Origin: Marinicellulosiphila megalodicopiae | GTDB lineage: Bacteria > Pseudomonadota > Gammaproteobacteria > Pseudomonadales > Natronospirillaceae | DNA: 24,000 bases | NCBI RefSeq assembly: GCF_045862395.1 | Contig: NZ_AP023087.1 | Span: forward strand, 1,487,404-1,511,403 | Direction: 5' to 3' | Shown: in pieces, positions 1-8,998 of the stretch | Layout of the letters: each line of letters opens with the position of its first letter | How positions within the stretch are numbered: position 1 is the first letter of the stretch | The notes under the pieces: generated by a model | The model's input: only the letters and a program-made list of their open reading frames with translations | Told to the model about the DNA's origin: nothing | Database searches by the model: none | Made by a program: the position numbers and the translations under genes

Positions 1-59
1 TGGTCATTGCTCTTTTTTGCTGAATTCATCACAGCTTTGTTTTTATAAAGGTTTTAATT

Positions 60-554
60 ATGAGAAAAATACTAACAATCGGTTTGTTTATGTTAATTGT
101 GCCTTTTGCATTTTCTAAACAGTCCATTTCCGATGCAGAAGCATTGAATTTCTTTAATTTGTATCAAAAAATGATTCAAGAACGTTCCACCAATGTGATG
201 CAATTACTTAGTAAAGATGTGCAGCTATACAGTAAAACATTGACCGCTAATGGCACAACCTATGTCACGCAATATGATATTGAAGAGGTTTTGAAATTTA
301 TTAGGGCTGTCCAAGCTTTTATTTATTTAAATAAAGAAGAAAGTGAATTTGAAAAAATCGCACTAACTAGAAAAGCCGATCAAGTTATAATTCGTGCGCA
401 GCGCTTTTCTACAACCAATTGTTATCTAGATAAAGAGTATTACGTCATTATTGAGCGTGAGCGTAATTTTATAAAAGTAATGGAAGAAATGATCACTATT
501 GATCAAACCAAAAGTTGTGAATCGTTAGAGAATATTGATTTAAAAATTAAATAA
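60..554 (+). CDS. Hypothetical secreted protein (164 aa) with N-terminal signal peptide
   Basis: The ORF track gives a 164-aa ORF. The N-terminus MRKILTIGLFMLIVPFAFSKQ has a basic, then hydrophobic, then AFS-K signal-peptidase-like pattern. AAAGG lies 8 nt upstream of the ATG. The gene is followed by a strong hairpin terminator. I recognise no family. Confidence 0.6.
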   Translation: MRKILTIGLFMLIVPFAFSKQSISDAEALNFFNLYQKMIQERSTNVMQLLSKDVQLYSKTLTANGTTYVTQYDIEEVLKFIRAVQAFIYLNKEESEFEKIALTRKADQVIIRAQRFSTTNCYLDKEYYVIIERERNFIKVMEEMITIDQTKSCESLENIDLKIK

Positions 555-573
555 ATAAAATTGCATTAAATGT

Positions 574-608
574 AAAACCAGAATCTAAAAAGATTCTGGT
601 TTTTTTTT
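574..608. terminator. Bidirectional rho-independent terminator between convergent genes
   Basis: The sequence is AAAA-CCAGAATCT-aaaa-AGATTCTGG-TTTTTTTTT. It forms a perfect 9-bp stem (578-586 with 591-599) and a 4-nt loop. The A-run on one side and the 9-T run on the other allow it to work on both strands. It sits between the stops of 60..554(+) and 614..1432(-). Confidence 0.75.
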
Positions 609-613
609 AGGTA

Positions 614-1432
614 TTAATAATTATCCCATTGTGGACACCAAGGTCCATCAACTAAACGTTTTTTCTCATCTATTGTTTTAATGGTTTCAATTTCAGAAAA
701 ACTTAGTTTAATTTTTATCGCATCAAAATTTTCTTTTATACGATCAAAAGATCTAGCAGCAGGAATAACACTGTAATTTTGAGACATTAAAAAAGCTAAA
801 CTTATTTGCGCAACGGTTGCATTATGATTTTTCGCAATTTCTGTAAGTACTGGGTGTCCCATTATTTCACCACGGGCTAGGGGCGAATAAGCTGTCAGTG
901 GAATACCTAAAGATTTACAATGTTCAACGATAGGGGTGTTTTGCATTAATGGATGTATTTCAACTTGATTAGTGATGATCTTTCGATCCCCAAGTAACGA
1001 AATAGCTTGATCTAATAAGCTAATTGTGAAATTTGATAATCCAATGTTTTTACATAAACCCATGTCATACACCTGTGCAAATTGCGCGATGTAATCTTCC
1101 ATATCGTATTCACCACCAATAGATGGGTAATGTAATAATAATAAATCCACTTGTTCTGTTTGAAGTTTTTCTAAACTTTCTTTTACTGTACCTAATATTA
1201 CATTAGGTCCAAAGTTTTCAGGTTTAACTTTTGTTGTAAGAAATATTTCTTTTCGATCAACTTTGCTTTCTGCAATTGCTTTGCCTACTGCTTGTTCATT
1301 ATCATAACCTTGAGCGGTATCAATATGACGATACCCGATTAATAATGCATCTTGAACACTTTGATACGTTTCCAATTCGGTACGATTCCACGTACCAAAA
1401 CCCATCAATGGTAATTTGTTTTCTGAATTCAT
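614..1432 (-). CDS. Aldo/keto reductase, 2,5-diketo-D-gluconate reductase (DkgA/DkgB)-like
   Basis: The 272-aa product starts with GFGTW and contains HIDTAQGYDNE, TTKV and LLHYP. These supply the AKR catalytic tetrad Asp/Tyr/Lys/His in the expected order. The length is typical of Dkg-type AKRs. Confidence 0.9.
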   Translation of the reverse strand: MNSENKLPLMGFGTWNRTELETYQSVQDALLIGYRHIDTAQGYDNEQAVGKAIAESKVDRKEIFLTTKVKPENFGPNVILGTVKESLEKLQTEQVDLLLLHYPSIGGEYDMEDYIAQFAQVYDMGLCKNIGLSNFTISLLDQAISLLGDRKIITNQVEIHPLMQNTPIVEHCKSLGIPLTAYSPLARGEIMGHPVLTEIAKNHNATVAQISLAFLMSQNYSVIPAARSFDRIKENFDAIKIKLSFSEIETIKTIDEKKRLVDGPWCPQWDNY

Positions 1433-1495
1433 TTAAAAACCTGATTTAATTTACGTTGTGCGTGTATTTTAAAGTATACTGCGCGCTTTTTTTGT

Positions 1496-2713
1496 ATGTG
1501 GGTTAACAAAAATTTTATGCAACGATTGCAATTTTTTTCAAAATTTGGCCGGGCTGGTAATTGGTTATTATTGGCAAATGTTATGACCGGTTCCACGTTT
1601 GCTTTTATTATACCTGTGATGAGTTATTTCTTTTTGGATCAAAAGGGAGATGGGTTAAATGCAAGGCCCATTGATTTTTTAATTTACCTAGTGGCGATTA
1701 CTTTTTTTGGTACACTTTGTAATCAATTCATGGGTCGAATGGCTGATAAAGGGCATAGTTCTAAATGGATTTATATTTTTTCTATGGCCTGTTCGGCGAT
1801 TGCTACATTGCTTTATGCCAATATTGAATCGGTATATTTAATTTTTGTTGTAGGTATTGTGTTTGTAAGTTTAGGCAGCGCAGCAGTGCCTCAAATTTTG
1901 ACTGTATCGAGACAGTATGCTGATCAAGCAAATATTGATGTCAATCAATTTAATTCAGTGTTAAGAGCTTCTTTTGCTGCAGGGTGGGTGATCGGTTCAA
2001 GTTTTTCCTATGAATTGATTGCTCGCACTGGGTTCTCTGGTGCGTTTTATGGGTCGAGTATTGTCAGTGTACTCGCGATTATTGTGGCACTGTATGCGTT
2101 GCCTAATTATCACAAATCCAAAGAACATCGTACAAACGGTAAGCCTGATTTTGTTCCGTTGGGGTTTTGGTTATTAATGGGAGTCATGATTATTGGAAAT
2201 GTAGCAAATAGTTTGTATATGTTGTCGATCCCTTTGATTATAACTAATGAATTGTTATTGCCCGAATCGTTGCCAGGAAAATTATTTGCAATTGTCGCAT
2301 TTTTAGAAATCCCTTTTATGTTGTATTCGGCAAAATTAGCCATTCGCTTTAATCGATATCACCTTGTTATGGTCAGTTTTTTAATGGGACTTATCTTTTA
2401 TTTAGGCATTTATTTTGCGACTCAAAGCTGGCAATTTATGGTTTTGCAAATATTTAATGCAGCGTTTATTGGTATTTATGCGGGGCTTGGTATATCCATT
2501 GTGCAGGATCAACTACCAAAATTTGTAGGGTTTACTTCTACAATGTATACCAATTCATTAAGAATAGGCTCAACATTAGGGGCGGTTGGTATATTTGTTG
2601 TGGGTGAATTTTTCACTTATCAGGCTGCTGTTTTAGCCGCATTAGCCTGTATGTTACTGTGTTTGATTGGTTTGATTTTATTACAAGCCAGTCCTACACA
2701 AAAAAGCGTTTGA
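1496..2713 (+). CDS. MFS transporter, sugar efflux transporter SetA/SetB-like
   Basis: The 405-aa product is polytopic with about 12 hydrophobic segments. Several blocks resemble E. coli SetA/SetB as I recall them: SVLRASFAAGWVIG, NSLYMLSIPLIITNEL.LPE, LEIPFML, LQIFNAAFIGI and TSTMYTNSLRIG. The start is uncertain, and the in-frame ATG at 1517 (MQRLQFF) is an alternative. Confidence 0.8.
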   Translation: MWVNKNFMQRLQFFSKFGRAGNWLLLANVMTGSTFAFIIPVMSYFFLDQKGDGLNARPIDFLIYLVAITFFGTLCNQFMGRMADKGHSSKWIYIFSMACSAIATLLYANIESVYLIFVVGIVFVSLGSAAVPQILTVSRQYADQANIDVNQFNSVLRASFAAGWVIGSSFSYELIARTGFSGAFYGSSIVSVLAIIVALYALPNYHKSKEHRTNGKPDFVPLGFWLLMGVMIIGNVANSLYMLSIPLIITNELLLPESLPGKLFAIVAFLEIPFMLYSAKLAIRFNRYHLVMVSFLMGLIFYLGIYFATQSWQFMVLQIFNAAFIGIYAGLGISIVQDQLPKFVGFTSTMYTNSLRIGSTLGAVGIFVVGEFFTYQAAVLAALACMLLCLIGLILLQASPTQKSV

Positions 2714-2804
2714 ACCAAAGCACATAAGTTATATGGGTATATGGATTTACCCTGTAAAATCCGTATGATAGTGGCAATATTATTTAAGTGTTGAGCCATC
2801 TATT

Positions 2805-3755
2805 ATGAAAGAGTTACGAATCGCCACCCGCCAAAGCGCCCTTGCTATGTGGCAAGCAGAAGATCTTCAAACAAAATTACAAAATTTATACCCAAATATA
2901 ATCATCACTTTAGTACCTATGGTCAGTCGTGGAGATCAAATATTGGATGTCGCGTTATCTAAAGTGGGTGGAAAAGGATTATTCACAAAAGAGCTGGAAG
3001 TCGCCATGCTAGAAAATCAGGCGGATATTGCTATGCATTGCATTAAAGATTTGCCGATGTACTTTCCTGAAAGTTTAGATTTATACACGATCACTGAAAG
3101 TGAAGATCCAACGGATGCATTTGTATCGAATAAATACGATCATTTTGATCAATTACCACAGGGTGCGATTGTAGGAACTTCAAGCTTACGTCGGCAGTCT
3201 CAAATTTTAGCGAAGCGACCAGATTTAAAAATCGAATTTTTGCGCGGAAATGTTGGCACACGTTTAGGTAAATTAGATGATGGCCAATACGATGCCATCA
3301 TTTTAGCAACCGCAGGTTTAATTCGTTTAGAGCTGCAAGAGCGTATTAAACATAAATTAGATACTCACATGTGTTTGCCAGCTGCAGGTCAAGGTGCATT
3401 GGGTATTGAATGTCGAATTGCAGACACTGAAATTCATAAATTATTAGCCCCCTTGCACCATGTGGATACTGCCATTCGAGTCTATGCAGAACGTGCGTTA
3501 ATTAAACATTTAGAGGGCGGTTGTCAAGTTCCAATAGCTGGGTATGCACAAATCGAAAATGGCAAAATTTCTATGGAGGCTCGAGTAGCAGAAGTTGATG
3601 GTTCAGTGGTTTATATAGAAAAAGCTCAGAGTGATTTAACGGATTCTTATGAACAAAATGTCATCATTGCTGAAAAAATGGGGAAAGACTTGGCGATAAA
3701 ATTAGTCGAACAAGGTGCAGATGCGATTCTTGAAAAATTAAAAGCCGATTTATGA
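2805..3755 (+). CDS. hemC: Hydroxymethylbilane synthase (porphobilinogen deaminase)
   Basis: The 316-aa product has near-diagnostic HemC blocks: [84 protein letters not shown] and EGGCQVPI. It is followed by hemD with a 4-nt overlap. Confidence 0.96.
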   Translation: MKELRIATRQSALAMWQAEDLQTKLQNLYPNIIITLVPMVSRGDQILDVALSKVGGKGLFTKELEVAMLENQADIAMHCIKDLPMYFPESLDLYTITESEDPTDAFVSNKYDHFDQLPQGAIVGTSSLRRQSQILAKRPDLKIEFLRGNVGTRLGKLDDGQYDAIILATAGLIRLELQERIKHKLDTHMCLPAAGQGALGIECRIADTEIHKLLAPLHHVDTAIRVYAERALIKHLEGGCQVPIAGYAQIENGKISMEARVAEVDGSVVYIEKAQSDLTDSYEQNVIIAEKMGKDLAIKLVEQGADAILEKLKADL

Positions 3756-4483
3756 GTCAAATTTTCATAACACGGCCAGAAGGGCAAGCTGATGAATTAA
3801 TGCATTTGCTGAATCAAAGCAAACACAATTCAAAATCGTTTGTACATTGGCCTCTTTGTAAAATTGAAAATATTGAACTCACTGGAAAAGGGCAAACATG
3901 GTTGTATGAATTTGATTTATACGACTATGTATTTGTTGTTAGTAAACATGCTGCGTATTTATTGTGTGAATTTTTAGATGAGCGTTGGCCAATGTTACCC
4001 ATTGGGCCAGAGTTTATTTGCCCAGGAAGTGGAACAGCAAGCGTTTTGAAAAAATATGGAATTATTGCGAAATTCCCTGATCAACAAATGGACAGTGAAG
4101 GTGTATTAAATCTAGCGATGTTCACGGATGAATCATTATCAGAGAATAAAAAATGGTTAGTGGTTTCAGGAAAAGGTGGGCGAAGAAAAATATCTGCAAA
4201 ATTAATGGAGCATAACCAACAAATTGATGAACTAGATTTGTATGAACGTATACTTAAACAAAACCTACCAAACAAAGCATTTAATAAAAATGACGTGATC
4301 GTCATTACATCTAAAGAGTCATTGATACAAGCACAAAAATTATTAGGTGATCGAACACAACAATTAAATTTATGGGTACCAAGTAATCGAATTAAACAAT
4401 CTGCCCAGAACTGGCAAAATGTTTTAATTATGAAAAATGCCTCCGATCAAACAATTATTCAAACGGTTGAAAGTCATGAGTGA
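3752..4483 (+). CDS. hemD: Uroporphyrinogen-III synthase
   Basis: The 243-aa ORF begins at ATGA, overlapping the hemC stop. Weak but characteristic HemD blocks are present: [22 protein letters not shown] and LYER. It occupies the canonical hemC-hemD position. Confidence 0.8.
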   Translation: MSQIFITRPEGQADELMHLLNQSKHNSKSFVHWPLCKIENIELTGKGQTWLYEFDLYDYVFVVSKHAAYLLCEFLDERWPMLPIGPEFICPGSGTASVLKKYGIIAKFPDQQMDSEGVLNLAMFTDESLSENKKWLVVSGKGGRRKISAKLMEHNQQIDELDLYERILKQNLPNKAFNKNDVIVITSKESLIQAQKLLGDRTQQLNLWVPSNRIKQSAQNWQNVLIMKNASDQTIIQTVESHE

Positions 4484-5753
4484 TCAAAAAGATTTAAACG
4501 AAAAACAAAAAAAAGAAGCCGCTGAGGAAAATATAGCGCAATCAGCACAAAACCATGCTGAAGAAATCATCGAACAAAAACAAACTCCAGAAAAGGGAAA
4601 TGACGAAATAGACTCTGATGATATTTTAAAATCTGAAGAAGATTTAGAAATCAAAAAAAATGAATCCACCAATACTCAATTTGATGATTTATCCGAAAAC
4701 CCCTCTGGTGCACAAACAAGCAAATCTAAAGAAAATGAATCCAAATCCAAAACACATCCCTTAAAATCATATAAATTTATAGTGATTTTAATATTGATAG
4801 TTATGTGTGGTGTGATTGTTTTTTACCTTTCGCAAAATTTTAAAAAACAAGATCAGGAAATTTTATTATTAAAAAATGAGTTGAATACTCAAATTAAAAC
4901 GCTTGATGCAAAGTATAATTATCAGCAGGCCATTGATAAATTAATTGCTCAAGATGCAAAGCTTCAAGCTAATATTATTGCTGTGTCAGCAATTGATAAT
5001 ACAACATTGCAAACTCAGTTAACTGCGCAAAATAAAGAACTTGAAATACTTCGCCAGCAATTAATTCAAGCTGCTACTCAATTTAATCGTAGTGAACAAT
5101 TCAAAACCATCGAATGGCAGTTAGCGGAAGCTAAATATTTATTAAGAATTGCACAACAAAGAATAGTAATGGAAAAAGATGTAAATAGTGCATTGTCGGT
5201 AATAAAAGCAGTGGATGATTTATTTGTGAATACAGGCGATGTGAGTTTGTATAATTTACGTGAAGTCTTAGCGCAAGATAAAGCTGCATTAGAATCTGTT
5301 AAGTCTGTTGATTTAGAAGGCGTTTATATTCAACTTGGTAATATACGTAATCAAGTAGAACAATTTAATTTCGTATTGAATTTAAACACTGAAAACACTC
5401 AAGAAAACAAAAGTTTTATGCAACGAGTTATGTCTTCGATTAAGGTTCGTGATATCAGTGAGCAATATGTTGGGCAGTTAGATCCTGTTTTGCACAATAT
5501 TGCCAAACAAACATTGGTGTTAATGCTTGAGCAAGCACAGGCGGGTTTATTAAATAATCAACAAGATGTATTTGAATTGGCCGTTAAAAAAAGCAAAACA
5601 CAATTAAATCAATATTTCTCAAATGAAGCTCAATTTGATTGGATGACTCAACAATTAAATTCCATTCAATCACTACGTTTAAATCAGAATATTCCTGATG
5701 TTTTAAATAGTATAAATGCGTTAGACCAATACCTAATTAACTTGAGTGAATGA
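4476..5753 (+). CDS. hemX: HemX-family membrane protein (often mis-annotated as uroporphyrinogen-III C-methyltransferase)
   Basis: I place the start at the ATG at 4476 (MSDQKDL), which overlaps the hemD stop in ATGAGTGA. The ORF-track start at 4437 would overlap hemD by 47 nt. The product has a charged low-complexity N-terminus, one TM helix (FIVILILIVMCGVIVFYL) and a long Q/L-rich coiled-coil periplasmic part. It occupies the hemD-hemX-hemY position. Confidence 0.75.
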   Translation: MSDQKDLNEKQKKEAAEENIAQSAQNHAEEIIEQKQTPEKGNDEIDSDDILKSEEDLEIKKNESTNTQFDDLSENPSGAQTSKSKENESKSKTHPLKSYKFIVILILIVMCGVIVFYLSQNFKKQDQEILLLKNELNTQIKTLDAKYNYQQAIDKLIAQDAKLQANIIAVSAIDNTTLQTQLTAQNKELEILRQQLIQAATQFNRSEQFKTIEWQLAEAKYLLRIAQQRIVMEKDVNSALSVIKAVDDLFVNTGDVSLYNLREVLAQDKAALESVKSVDLEGVYIQLGNIRNQVEQFNFVLNLNTENTQENKSFMQRVMSSIKVRDISEQYVGQLDPVLHNIAKQTLVLMLEQAQAGLLNNQQDVFELAVKKSKTQLNQYFSNEAQFDWMTQQLNSIQSLRLNQNIPDVLNSINALDQYLINLSE

Positions 5754-6886
5754 AAATGAAATTAATTATTAAAGTAATTTTGTGGTTATTATTTATCGGT
5801 TTGATGGCATTTGTTGGTCAAAATATGATGAATACTCCTACACATGTTCAAATTATATTAGGATCAAAACTAATAGAAATGAGTTTATGGGTGATGTTGG
5901 TTGCGGTATTAGCAATTAACTTATTTATTTATTTAGTTGTAAAATCTGCCAGTTTAATTCGCCCTGTTGAAACTTATTATCGTTGGAGAGAAAAAACAAA
6001 AACCAAAAAAAGTTATCGTTTTTTAGCTGAAGGATTATATCAATGGTTTGACGGGAAAGAAAAAACAGCTGAAAAACAAGTTCTAATGGCAAAAGTACAA
6101 CAGCCAATCTTATCTCAATTAATGTTGGCGTACCTAAAGCATAACTATCAGGATGCCATAAAAGAAGTTGAAAAAGTCGATGCTCGATTTGTGCCATTTT
6201 TACATTGGATGCAATTACAAAATTTAAATTCCCATGCAGATTTTATGAGCGTATTGCCTATTTTAAGAGAAGATACATTAATTTATAAAAAAAATGCGCA
6301 TTATCTAAAAACCGCTGTACACATTTTTTTAAATACAAATCAATATGAACATCTAGTCGGTTTATACAGTAATATTGAAAAATTATTACCACAAAATAGC
6401 GAAGCCTTAAATACTCAAATTTCAATTGGCTATCTGACTCAATGTCAACATGAGCCTAGCGGTTCACAGATGTTAGTAAAACGATTTAAGAATTTGAATA
6501 CAACTATGCAAAAATCAAGTGCAGTGTTAGAGCAGTATTCCATTATCGCTGCAAAATTATTAGAGCCTGCACTGGGTGTTAAAATCATTCATAGTGCTGC
6601 TAAAACAGTATTAACGACAAAAATGGTGAATGCGTTTCATCAATTACCAATTGAAGCTCATGAAAAACTTAAACAGATTGAAATTTGGTTACAATCTCAT
6701 CAAAGTTTATCTGTGTTGCATTTGGTTGCATTTGAAAATTGTGAAATTTTAGATTTAGCCGCCAAAGCCCAGGTTTATATTGTCAGTTACCACGAACTTG
6801 AAAAAACAATTGAGTCTAAAATGCGATTAATGTCCTATTACAACGAAAAAAATCAGTCTCTGCAGGCATTAAAGTTATTACAGTGA
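5750..6886 (+). CDS. hemY: HemY-family inner-membrane protein (HemY_N plus TPR-like C-terminus)
   Basis: The ATGA start overlaps the hemX stop. Two N-terminal TM helices are followed by a basic stretch (RWREKTKTKKSYRFLAEGL), as in E. coli HemY. The rest is helical and repeat-like. It sits in the syntenic position. Confidence 0.7.
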   Translation: MKMKLIIKVILWLLFIGLMAFVGQNMMNTPTHVQIILGSKLIEMSLWVMLVAVLAINLFIYLVVKSASLIRPVETYYRWREKTKTKKSYRFLAEGLYQWFDGKEKTAEKQVLMAKVQQPILSQLMLAYLKHNYQDAIKEVEKVDARFVPFLHWMQLQNLNSHADFMSVLPILREDTLIYKKNAHYLKTAVHIFLNTNQYEHLVGLYSNIEKLLPQNSEALNTQISIGYLTQCQHEPSGSQMLVKRFKNLNTTMQKSSAVLEQYSIIAAKLLEPALGVKIIHSAAKTVLTTKMVNAFHQLPIEAHEKLKQIEIWLQSHQSLSVLHLVAFENCEILDLAAKAQVYIVSYHELEKTIESKMRLMSYYNEKNQSLQALKLLQ

Positions 6887-6950
6887 TTGTGTTTAAAATT
6901 TGAACAGGTATTATTCAATCTAAGACGTGTTATTTAATAACACTGTTTTG

Positions 6951-7090
6951 AATCGTTCATGTTGAATGCTTCATGTTGAATGCTTCATGTTGAATAGTTC
7001 ATGTTGAATAGTTCATGTTGAATAGTTCATGTTGAATAGTTCATGTTGAATAGTTCATGTTGAATAGTTCATGTTGAATAGTTCATGTTG
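6951..7090. repeat. Perfect head-to-tail tandem array, 14-bp unit x 10 (AAT[CG/GC/AG]TTCATGTTG)
   Basis: I read it unit by unit. Unit 1 is AATCGTTCATGTTG, units 2-3 are AATGCTTCATGTTG, and units 4-10 are AATAGTTCATGTTG. There are no spacers. Each unit contains the small inverted repeat TTCA-tgt-TGAA and a TTGAAT hexamer. The array is intergenic, starting 64 nt after the hemY stop and ending 94 nt before the fic ATG. Confidence 0.97.
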
Positions 7091-7184
7091 AAGGGATAGC
7101 CCAAGTGTCATGTATTCGCTTATGGTTTAAACAAGTAGATTTTTTAACTTCCCCAAAATCCGCATTAAAGTTTAAGGTTAAAGT

Positions 7185-8288
7185 ATGTTTATATGGCAGC
7201 AATCGAATTGGCCAAATTTTGAATATAAAATTGAAGAATTAGACGATTTACTCAATGAAATTGTGAAATTACAAAATCGAATCAGTAAACAGGTTATTTC
7301 TCTACATTCTCAAGATTTATATGACATCCAAAAGAAAAGTCTAGTAAATAATGTGTTTTTATCAACACATTCTAAAGATGAAGGTGTTGATCTTTTAAGT
7401 ATTGAAGATTGTGTAAGTGTTTACTTACTAAAAGAAAAGGCCACGCATACTGCTTTAAGTATTGAGAATCCATTGTTAATTCAAATGTTTTCTAAAGTGA
7501 TGGATGACTTGCATTTACCCATCACTCAGTCCAAATTGTACCAGTGGCATGCCACATTATTTGCGCAATCTACAGATCAAAATATAGGTGAGTTAAGAAG
7601 ACAATCCACTCATGAAATGTCTCATAAAACCTTAAAATATATAGCCCCTCCCAAAGAAGAATTAACCAATCAAATTCAAAAATTTAAATTTTGGTTTAAT
7701 GAACCTTTTGAAAATGATAAGCAAAATATTGTAAGAGCTGGCATTGCGCATTTCTGGTTTATTACACTGCATCCTTTTGAAGATGGAAACGGTCGAATTG
7801 CTCGTGCATTAACGGATCGAGCATTGGCTCAAGCCAAACCTGAAAATGCACATTTATATTCCATGACCCCCGCAATTGATGCAAATAAAACCAAATATCA
7901 GTCGTTATTAATTCAAACACAACGATGTCAGATGAAAAACCAACAATCAAACCCAATGGATATCACTCAATGGCTTGAATGGTTTTTGCACAATTTATAT
8001 GAAGAAATGCTTAAAGTATTACCTTTTATTGAATATAAAAATGCTCAAGATTCTTTCTGGTTATCTCATTCTCAAACGGTGTTAACTCAACGGCAAGTTG
8101 ATGTTTTAAATAAAATTGCAAAAAATGCAGATTTATTTGTTGATGGGATTAATGCAGGCGGTTATCAAGAGTTAACAGGAGTCAGTAAAGCCACTGCAAC
8201 TCGTGATCTAACAGGGTTGCAAAAAAAAGGGTGTTTAAAAAAAATGTCCAGAGGTGGACGCAGTACTCGTTATCGACTCAAATATTAG
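7185..8288 (+). CDS. Fic-family protein (Fic_N/DUF4172-type N-terminus, canonical Fic motif, C-terminal winged-helix)
   Basis: The motif HPFEDGNGRIAR at 7770..7805 matches HxFx(D/E)GNGRxxR exactly. The N-terminus MFIWQQSNWPNF resembles the Fic_N type. The C-terminus (ELTGVSKATATRDLTGLQKKGCLKK..GGRSTRYRL) looks like a wHTH. AAGG lies 7 nt upstream of the ATG. Confidence 0.9.
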   Translation: MFIWQQSNWPNFEYKIEELDDLLNEIVKLQNRISKQVISLHSQDLYDIQKKSLVNNVFLSTHSKDEGVDLLSIEDCVSVYLLKEKATHTALSIENPLLIQMFSKVMDDLHLPITQSKLYQWHATLFAQSTDQNIGELRRQSTHEMSHKTLKYIAPPKEELTNQIQKFKFWFNEPFENDKQNIVRAGIAHFWFITLHPFEDGNGRIARALTDRALAQAKPENAHLYSMTPAIDANKTKYQSLLIQTQRCQMKNQQSNPMDITQWLEWFLHNLYEEMLKVLPFIEYKNAQDSFWLSHSQTVLTQRQVDVLNKIAKNADLFVDGINAGGYQELTGVSKATATRDLTGLQKKGCLKKMSRGGRSTRYRLKY

Positions 8289-8356
8289 ACAACAAACCAC
8301 CCAAAAGCGTAATATGTATCAATTACAAAATAGTAACAATCTAACAGGGGAATAAG

Positions 8357-8944
8357 ATGAAAAAAGCACTCGTTATTGCAAGTTTATTAGCATCAATCAG
8401 TGGTTTCACTCAAGCTGAAGGTGCAGATCCAATTGAAGCAAGAACTTTTTTTGAAGTTGAAGCGGGTTTGGCAAGTTTAAATCAAACACAAGCAACAACT
8501 GAAGGCTTTGATTCCAATGCAATTTCAGTAAGTGGTTCTGCGGGGATTATCCTAGGATATTTTCGTGGTGGTATTGGTGCAATCGGTATTTTACCTAACG
8601 ACTCCGACATTGGAAATTTATTCGATGATGAAGGCTATGTAGTGGCAAATCCATCAATTGCATTTGCGGGTTTTAACGCGTTTGCTGGGGGTCGTTACGC
8701 ATATTTAGATAAGTATGAATTTAATTTTGATGTAGGTTTATCAACTATGAGTCATTTTCAACAGGGAAATGATGTAAATATTCAGCAAAGCTCACTAGAA
8801 TCAAATGGTGGATTATTCATTCGCCCAAGCTTCAATTATTACATTACGTCATTTTTTGGTATTCACGCATCTTATCAACAAATGATTGGTTCTGAAACCA
8901 CACTAAAATCCACATTTTCTGCTGGTACTGTATTTAAGCTTTAA
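8357..8944 (+). CDS. Small outer-membrane beta-barrel protein (OmpW/OMP_b-brl-like), 195 aa
   Basis: A strong RBS (AGGGGA) lies 5 nt upstream. The signal peptide is MKKALVIASLLASISGFTQA-EG. The product is Gly- and aromatic-rich with an alternating hydrophobic pattern to the C-terminus (STFSAGTVFKL). A strong terminator follows. Confidence 0.6.
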   Translation: MKKALVIASLLASISGFTQAEGADPIEARTFFEVEAGLASLNQTQATTEGFDSNAISVSGSAGIILGYFRGGIGAIGILPNDSDIGNLFDDEGYVVANPSIAFAGFNAFAGGRYAYLDKYEFNFDVGLSTMSHFQQGNDVNIQQSSLESNGGLFIRPSFNYYITSFFGIHASYQQMIGSETTLKSTFSAGTVFKL

Positions 8945-8957
8945 TCAAAAAAATATC

Positions 8958-8990
8958 AAAAAAAAACCAATCTTTGATTGGTTTTTTTTT
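8958..8990. terminator. Bidirectional rho-independent terminator
   Basis: The sequence A9-CCAATC-ttt-GATTGG-T9 is a perfect palindrome, with nine As on the left and nine Ts on the right. It lies between the convergent genes 8357..8944(+) and 8999..9370(-). Confidence 0.8.
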
Positions 8991-8998
8991 GCAATTCA

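Noticed and set aside
2110-2343. 77-aa minus-strand ORF inside the MFS transporter gene
   Set aside because: It is entirely antisense to a well-supported CDS. The product is N/I/K-biased and low-complexity, with no RBS or family resemblance. This is a typical shadow ORF in AT-rich DNA.
2714-2804. Possible hairpin (GGATTT...AAATCC) after the MFS gene as a terminator
   Set aside because: The stem is imperfect with mismatches and is not followed by a T-run. It could just as well be part of the hemC promoter region.
4437-4475. ORF-track start of hemX at 4437 ([13 protein letters not shown]...)
   Set aside because: It would overlap hemD by 47 nt. The ATG at 4476 gives the common ATGAGTGA start/stop overlap and a typical HemX N-terminus.
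4081-4672. Minus-strand ORFs 4081..4305 (74 aa) and 4484..4672 (62 aa)
   Set aside because: They are antisense to hemD and hemX respectively. The products are Ser/Phe/Cys-rich nonsense-like sequences that mirror the A-rich sense strand.
5925-6197. 90-aa minus-strand ORF inside hemY
   Set aside because: It is antisense to the syntenic hemY CDS and has no supporting signals.
6951-7090. Possibility that the 14-bp array (and the 6-bp array at 19252-19353) is a CRISPR array
   Set aside because: The units are directly abutting with no unique spacers, and they are far shorter than CRISPR repeats. No cas genes are present in the window.
7762-7956. 64-aa minus-strand ORF inside fic
   Set aside because: It is antisense to the region encoding the Fic catalytic motif, so it is a shadow ORF.
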